Under the pieces are notes generated by a model. It was not told where the DNA came from. It saw only the letters and a list, made by a program, of their open reading frames with translations, and ran no database searches. From the NCBI GenBank assembly GCA_964016885.1, contig OZ024764.1, forward strand, positions 8,804,001-8,868,000: a DNA stretch of 64,000 nucleotides. The letters run 5' to 3'. Within the stretch, counting starts at the first letter, position 1, and every line of letters begins with the position of its first letter. This document shows, in pieces, positions 56,573 to 64,000 of this stretch. Position numbers and translations under genes: made by a program. The DNA comes from Eledone cirrhosa. Lineage: Eukaryota.

Positions 56573-57673
56573 GTTGTGACCAATAGATAGTATTAGCAAC
56601 TGGAAAGACCAACAAAAACATTGTTTCCTCGGTCCAATTTGACGAAAGTTGATCTACTGTCGATATATAGTAAAATAAAAAATATATAATATTTATTTAT
56701 ACATCTAAGGCGGGTAAAATTCCCGAGATCCATGGACGAGTTCTCTCCAGCGGTCTCTGTCCCTCATTATCACTGCCATGTCCTGCATCTCCAACAGACC
56801 AGTGTCTGTCCTTAGGGCATCAACATACGTTAACCTTGGTCCATGTAGGGGCTCCCAAAGTATACACTGAGGATGAAAAACTCAGAGCTGTATGGGAGCA
56901 TCCCAAAAGTCAGCTCAAAAATGACACAGAGGAGACTGAGGTTGGCTGGACATGCTCACCGACATCCAGAGTTGACATTATTTATACATAGTGTATATTA
57001 TATTATTTATTATATATAAATATAGTAAAATAAAATATATAATATCTATTTATACATAGTGTATATTATATTATTTATTGTATATAAGTTAATGATTTTA
57101 TTTATTATATATTATTTATAATTTGCGTGTAGGCAGGTCTCACTGGAAATAGGGATGGGGGACATTGAGGGTATTATGTGGCTGTGAGGTGGTTGATGGC
57201 CCAAAAAGATCTGATCTAAACATTGGGGTGGAGTGAAGGCGCGTAACATGTTTGAACTCTTTTCCAACAGTTCATAACTTCAAAGCTGGATGGGGTTACT
57301 AGTTTATTGATGTGACGTTTGTCAATCATATATATATATATTTATATATATATATATATATATACATATAATATATATATATAATATTTATATATATATA
57401 TATATAATATTTATATATATATAATATTTATATATATATATATAATATTTATATATATATATATATAATATTTATATATATATATATATAATATTTATAT
57501 ATATATATATAATATTTATATATATATATATATATAATATTTATATATATATATATATATAATATTTATATATATATATATAATATTTATATATATATAT
57601 ATAATATTTATATATATATATAATATTTATATATATATATATATAATATTTATATATATATATATATAATATT

Positions 57674-57708
<35 letters not shown>

Positions 57709-59104
57709 ATATAATATTTATATATATATAATATTTATATATATATATATATAATATTTATATATATATATAATATTTATATATATATATATATATATAA
57801 TATTTATATATATATATATATATAATATTTATATATATATATATATAATATTTATATATATATATATATATAATATTTATATATATATATATATAATATT
57901 TATATATATATATATATATAATATTTATATATATATATAATATTTATATATAAGTGTTGTTAATAAATTTATATACATATATATAGAAGATCCCGCTAAG
58001 GGTGAAAGCAGCGATTCTTTGCTTAAACTTTAATCTGTTATTTTAATAAATATATATATATAGAATTTATATGTGTTGTTAATAAATTTATATATATGTA
58101 TATGTATATATAATATTTATAGATAAGTGTTGTTAATAAATGTTTGTTTAAAAAAACAGGCATTTTACTGAAAAAAACTCAGCACATCAACTGTAGCTGT
58201 GTAAAATATATGTAGCAGTCAACAGGTTAATTAGTCCTTAATCTATCTATCAATCTAGGGCAGGTAAAATAATATGCTATCTTACATCTATTTCCATCTT
58301 TAAGATTCCTACAATTTTACAAAATATTTTATCTTTATTATTTTTTTTTCAGTATTTTTCGTAATTTTGTCGTTTTTATTTAATTTTTGAAAATGTTTTT
58401 GTCATTTTCTGATAATTTAGTTTCTTTAATTGTTATTGTATTATCTGATGCTATTTTTTATGTTGTTGTTTTTTTTAATTATATTTGCTGTGTATTTTGA
58501 TAATTCGTGTTTGTTTGTTTGTTTTTTAAAAAAAACAGTTTGATAATTGTATTTTTGAAAATTTTATTTAATTTATTTTTTTTTATTTTTTTTTTTTATA
58601 CCATTTCGTTAACATTTTTGATAATTTCAAATTTTTTTCTTTTCTTTTTTGTTTTATTTTTCTTTGTTTTTTTTTTCTCTCTTCCCACCCCCATCCCCGT
58701 TCCTCATTAAAAATTAAAAAACATTTTTTTTAACACATTTAATCATTTCACCCTCTTAAATTAATAAATATATATATATATACACACACACACACATACA
58801 TATATATATATACACACATACATATATACACACACACATATACACACACATATATATATACACACACACATATATACACATACACACATATATATACATA
58901 CATAAACACACACACACATATATATATACATACACACACATACATACATACACACACACACACATATACATACACACACAAACGATAATCCCTGCTTCAC
59001 ACACCATCCACCCCCACCACCGTCTATCTGCTCCCTTCCAATATTACCCCTCTATGTGTTTCACTGCTTCTGTAAAACCCACCGACCCTCTCGACCGTTA
59101 ATAG

Positions 59105-59254
59105 AGGAGTGCAGCCAGGCGTGCAGAGCTGAAACGAAGGGCTAAGTTGTTGCTAGAGCGCGAAAAGGCCGCGGCAATATTAGCAATCCAGGAACGGAAG
59201 GCTGGGAAAACCTCACCAAACGCCACCACTACTACCACCACTACCAAGCACCAC
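59105..59254 (+). CDS. EHBP1: EHBP1 exon 13 (start of coiled coil; gene continues beyond window)
   Basis: aatag|RSAARRAELKRRAKLLLEREKAAAILAIQERK..KHH|gtaatg; resembles the EHBP1 RQEELKERARVLLEQARR segment. Confidence 0.85.
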
Positions 59255-59502
59255 GTAATGCACACTTGTTTGTTGTTTAGCCTCAACACCAACCCTGCCT
59301 CTATCCTTTGTTGTCTCCTCTCTCTTTCTCTACCCAACCACCCTCCACCAACCCTCTGTCTCATTCCTTCTTTCTCTCTGTATTTATTTCTAACCCACCC
59401 ACACCACCACCCTCTCTATCCTTTGTTTTCTTTCCCTGTCTTCCATTCCTTCTTTCTTTATTTCTTTATTTATTTCCCCCCACCCTCATCCCCCTTAAAC
59501 CC

Positions 59503-60748
59503 CACAAAACAACACTATGACTACATATATCAAATATTAAAGTCTTTACTGTAATACTGTAAATTTTCACAACAGTATGTCCACTAGTAAAGATACTATA
59601 AACATTTAGTCTACTAGTAAAGATACTATAAACATTTAGTACAAAACAACACTATGACTACATTACATTAAATATTAAAGTCTTTACTGTAATACTGTAA
59701 ATTTTCACAACAATCTGTCCACCAGTAAAGATACTATAAACATTTAGTCTACTAGTAAAGATACTATAAACATTTAGTCTACTAGTAAAGATACTATAAA
59801 CATTTAGTACAAAACAACACTATGACTACATCACATTAAATATTAAAGTCTTTACTGTAATATTTTAAATGTTCACAACAATCTGTCCACCAGTAAAGAT
59901 ACTATAAACATTTAGTACAAAACAACACTATGACTACATCACATTAAATATTAAAGTCTTTACTGTAATACTGTAAATTTTCACAACAATCTGTCCATTA
60001 GTAAAGATACTATAAACATTTAGTACAAAACAACACTATGACTACATCACATTAAATATTAAAGTCTTTACTGTAATACTGTAAATGTTCACAACAATCT
60101 GTCCACCAGTAAAGATACTATAAACATTTAGTACAAAACAACACTATGACTACATCACATTAAATATTAAAGTCTTTACTGTAATACTGTAAATGTTCAC
60201 AACAATCTGTCCATTAGTAAAGATACTATAAACATTTAGTACAAAACAACACTATGACTACATCACATTAAATATTAAAGTCTTTACTGTAATACTGTAA
60301 ATGTTCACAACAATCTGTCCATTAGTAAAGATACTATAAACATTTAGTACAAAACAACACTATGACTACATCACATTAAATATTAAAGTCTTTACTGTAA
60401 TACTGTAAATGTTCACAACAATCTGTCCACCAGTAAAGATACTATAAACATTTAGTACAAAACAACACTATGACTACATCACATTAAATATTAAAGTCTT
60501 TACTGTAATATTTTAAATGTTCACAATAATCTGTCCACCAGTAAAGATACTATAAACATTTAGTACAAAACAACACTATGACTACATCACATTAAATATT
60601 AAAGTCTTTACTGTAATACTGTAAATTTTCACAACAATCTGTCCATTAGTAAAGATACTATAAACATTTAGTACAAAACAACACTATGACTACATCACAT
60701 TAAATATTAAAGTCTTTACTGTAATACTGTAAATTTTCACAATAATCT
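59503..60748. repeat. 108-bp minisatellite x about 11
   Basis: acaaaacaacactatgactacatcacattaaatattaaagtctttactg... Confidence 0.92.
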
Positions 60749-61141
60749 AAACCCTCTCACTTCCTCTCTCTCTCTGTCTCTCCCTCCCTCCCTCAGGTCT
60801 TGATCCTTCTTCCCTTTCCTGCCCCTATCTCCCTCTCAAGTGCCCCCTCGCTCTGCTGAAGTTAACTTCGCCTTATCATCCTTCTGCGCCGTCTATGAAA
60901 TACCAAATACCAGCTATATACTGAGGTTCAAATATACCAACTATTCTTCCACCACCACCACCAATTTTCTGGCCCTCAGCCATACATTACGAATCCCCTT
61001 TTATTACATTTATATTCACAAATCATCATCATTAGCAACATCACCATTATCATTACCATCACCACCATCACCATTTATTAATTGTAATTAACTAATTTAT
61101 AGTAGAGAGCATGGCAAGCAGAACTGGTTACCTTTAATACA

Positions 61142-61239
<98 letters not shown>

Positions 61240-61449
61240 CAAACATTTTTAAAAACACCATAATCCAGATGAGTGGGAATAGCTTTCAGTGCGGAACACT
61301 TACACGTGTTTCATCATATGTACTATATATAAGTCTTGGATCGCTAATATGTAATTATTTCATTATTTTAATCAAAATTAATTGGATCCAACTTAGCTAT
61401 GTAGTTACCATGAATTTTCAATTTAATTGATTACACAAACGGAATTTGA

Positions 61450-61494
<45 letters not shown>

Positions 61495-61594
61495 ATGCGA
61501 TGAAATACCAATGATCGTTGGCAAATCACTGATGAGGGACTAATTTTATAATATGTAATCCATGTGCAACCATGCAGTATTCTTCTCCCCTTTT

Positions 61595-61647
<53 letters not shown>

Positions 61648-62155
61648 TGTTAAGACAGTTACATTTACATAATTGTTTCATTGCATAATACATACTTCCA
61701 TGACATGGTGGTCAGTTTTCATGCAATGGTAACATCATTAATAGGCCACACGTGACATCATCAGATTGTCATACAATATATATATCATCATCATCATCAC
61801 CGTTTTACGTCCGTTCTTCCACGCTAGCATGGGTTAGACGGGTTGTCCTGTTGTGGGCAGTGTCTGGTCGGCTGACCATGCCTTGCTCATACAGGAACTG
61901 ATTCTGGCTTGATTTCTACAGCTGGATGCCCTTCCTAACACCAACCTCATTTACAGTGAGTGCTGGGTGCTTTTTCGTGGCGCCTGCACGTCCACTTTAC
62001 AGTGTGGGCTGGGTGCTTTTTTGCCGTGGCACCTCCACGACCACCTTGCAGTGGGGGTTGTGGGGGCATATTGTCTATATGCTTCAGCTTGTACCCATGG
62101 GAGGTCGGGTACTCTGTATTACTGCGTGACGCCAGAGGTCACGATATATATATAT

Positions 62156-62339
62156 ATATATTTGAAAAAAAGGAAAAGAATGACTTCACTTGTAGTTCTA
62201 AATAATTTGATTTAATTTTATATTATAATAATATGAGTTGAAAGATCTACCAACTCATATTATTATAATAGTATAAAATTAAATCAAATTTTTTAACACT
62301 ACAAGTGAAGTCATTCTTTTCCTTTTTTTTCAAATATAT
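62156..62339. repeat. Imperfect inverted repeat (about 85-bp arms)
   Basis: tttgaaaaaaaggaaaagaatgacttcacttgtagt...actacaagtgaagtcattcttttccttttttttcaaa. Confidence 0.85.
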
Positions 62340-62430
62340 GTCCCACCCTTGCAAGCAGGGAAAAGCAGACATAAAATGAAATGATGATGATGATGATGAT
62401 ACCTAACTGTACCATAGATCTCACACATTT

Positions 62431-62524
<94 letters not shown>

Positions 62525-62699
62525 AGTATGGTGTGTTTATGTGGTTTGTAGTGGTTTGTAGTGTAATATGCTAATATATATACTAACATGCTGGTTTCGA
62601 TACCTTAACTCATAAACTAAATATATGTGTGTAGACATAGACATATATATATATATATATGTGTCTACACATATATATATATATATATATGTGTAGACA

Positions 62700-62964
62700 C
62701 ATGATCTAGTGGTAAGGGTGTTGGACTTACGATCATAATTTTGTGGGTTCGATTCCCGGGCTGTGTGTTGTGTTCTTGAGCAAGACACTTCATTTCACAT
62801 TGCTCCAGTATACTCAGCTGAAAATGAGTACCAGCAATAGCTGGAAGTCTAACCCTGCGATGGACTGGTGTCCTGCCCAGGGGGGAGTCTTGTACTCTCA
62901 GTCGCTTCATGCCATAAAACCAGGATAAGCACTGACCAAATGAGACTTCTGGCTTAAGATAGAC

Positions 62965-62965
<1 letters not shown>
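62700..62965 (+). mobile_element. tRNA-derived SINE with V-domain-like block
   Basis: B box GGTTCGATTCC; cttgagcaagacacttc; aaccctgcgatggactggtgtcctgcccagggg. Confidence 0.65.
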
Positions 62966-63005
<40 letters not shown>

Positions 63006-63010
63006 TTGTG

Positions 63011-63049
<39 letters not shown>

Positions 63050-63150
63050 ATGTATATATATATATATGTGTGTGTGTATGTGTACGTATGCATGTGTCAG
63101 TATACGTATCTGTGCCCACAAGTATGTGTATAGTTGCATGACAATGCATA

Positions 63151-63197
<47 letters not shown>

Positions 63198-64000
63198 GTA
63201 TATGCATGCACAGGTATGTATATGTGTGTATATATGCATGCCTATCAGTGTGTGTGTATAGTGTATTGAAATTTTAGCTTAAGTTTGATATATTTAATTA
63301 CATCTCTGTGTTGATAATTTATTAAGATATTTCATCCTTTCATTGAGATATCTAAGTATTAGAGAGAGATCACTTTTTAATTGACAAATATATATATATA
63401 TATGCATGAAAATAGACCGAGAAACGGGATTGTCCATCATCAGTGGTCTGCTGACTATCATTGGTATTTAATGCGAAGAAATACCAATGATGAAGGACTA
63501 AATTTATTCATATATATATATATAATATATATAATAATATATATATATATAATATATATAATAATATATAATATATATATATATAATATATATAATAATA
63601 TATAATATATATATATATATATATATAATAATATAATATATATATATAATAATATATATATATATAATAATATATAATATATATATATATATAATAATAT
63701 ATAATATATATATATATAATATATATATACCCACACATACACACACAATTAATTATATATGTATGTATATATGTAAACAATACAGACCAACACCACACAC
63801 CAGCTGTCTATATAATATAATACAGTTTACACATTAATTCACATTTATTTATGTATATATATATTTCGTTTCTGAATTTGTTTAGCAAGATTCTTTATCT
63901 GAAATCGTGTGTTGAAACCGATATTGTTATACTTTGGGAGGGTCATGTTGCCAATAAGAAACACACACACCAGTTGCTTTCACTTCAATTTATTATAATA

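Noticed and set aside
60797-60860. Possible next EHBP1 exon after a CT-rich acceptor
   Set aside because: The phase-0 reading hits TGA after about 20 codons inside a SINE fragment and shows no EHBP1 similarity.

Overview
Eukaryotic, AT-rich, microsatellite-saturated DNA. The repeat content (RTE LINE 3' ends with (GAT)n tails, tRNA-derived SINEs, very long (TA)/(TATG) tracts) points to an octopod cephalopod; this is an inference from repeat style, not proven. There is one host gene on the + strand: an EHBP1 (EH-domain-binding protein 1) orthologue. I reconstructed 13 coding exons by hand (23715-59254, 3270 nt, 1090 aa so far) with GT-AG boundaries and consistent phases. They encode the NT-C2 domain, an NPF cluster, the CH domain and the start of the C-terminal coiled coil; the bMERB/CAAX end must lie beyond the window. 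Almost all ORFs in the supplied track are microsatellite or minisatellite artefacts. Introns and upstream DNA contain RTE, Tx1/L1 and CR1 LINE fragments, SINEs, a piggyBac-type MITE carrying a 72-bp array, and many minisatellites amplified from transposon pieces. The most interesting hidden layer is a dispersed set of type-I hammerhead-ribozyme motifs from several distinct families (CUGANGA...GAAA, palindromic or absent loop III). They match the Penelope-like retroelement signature and often sit in long inverted repeats embedded in (TA)n.
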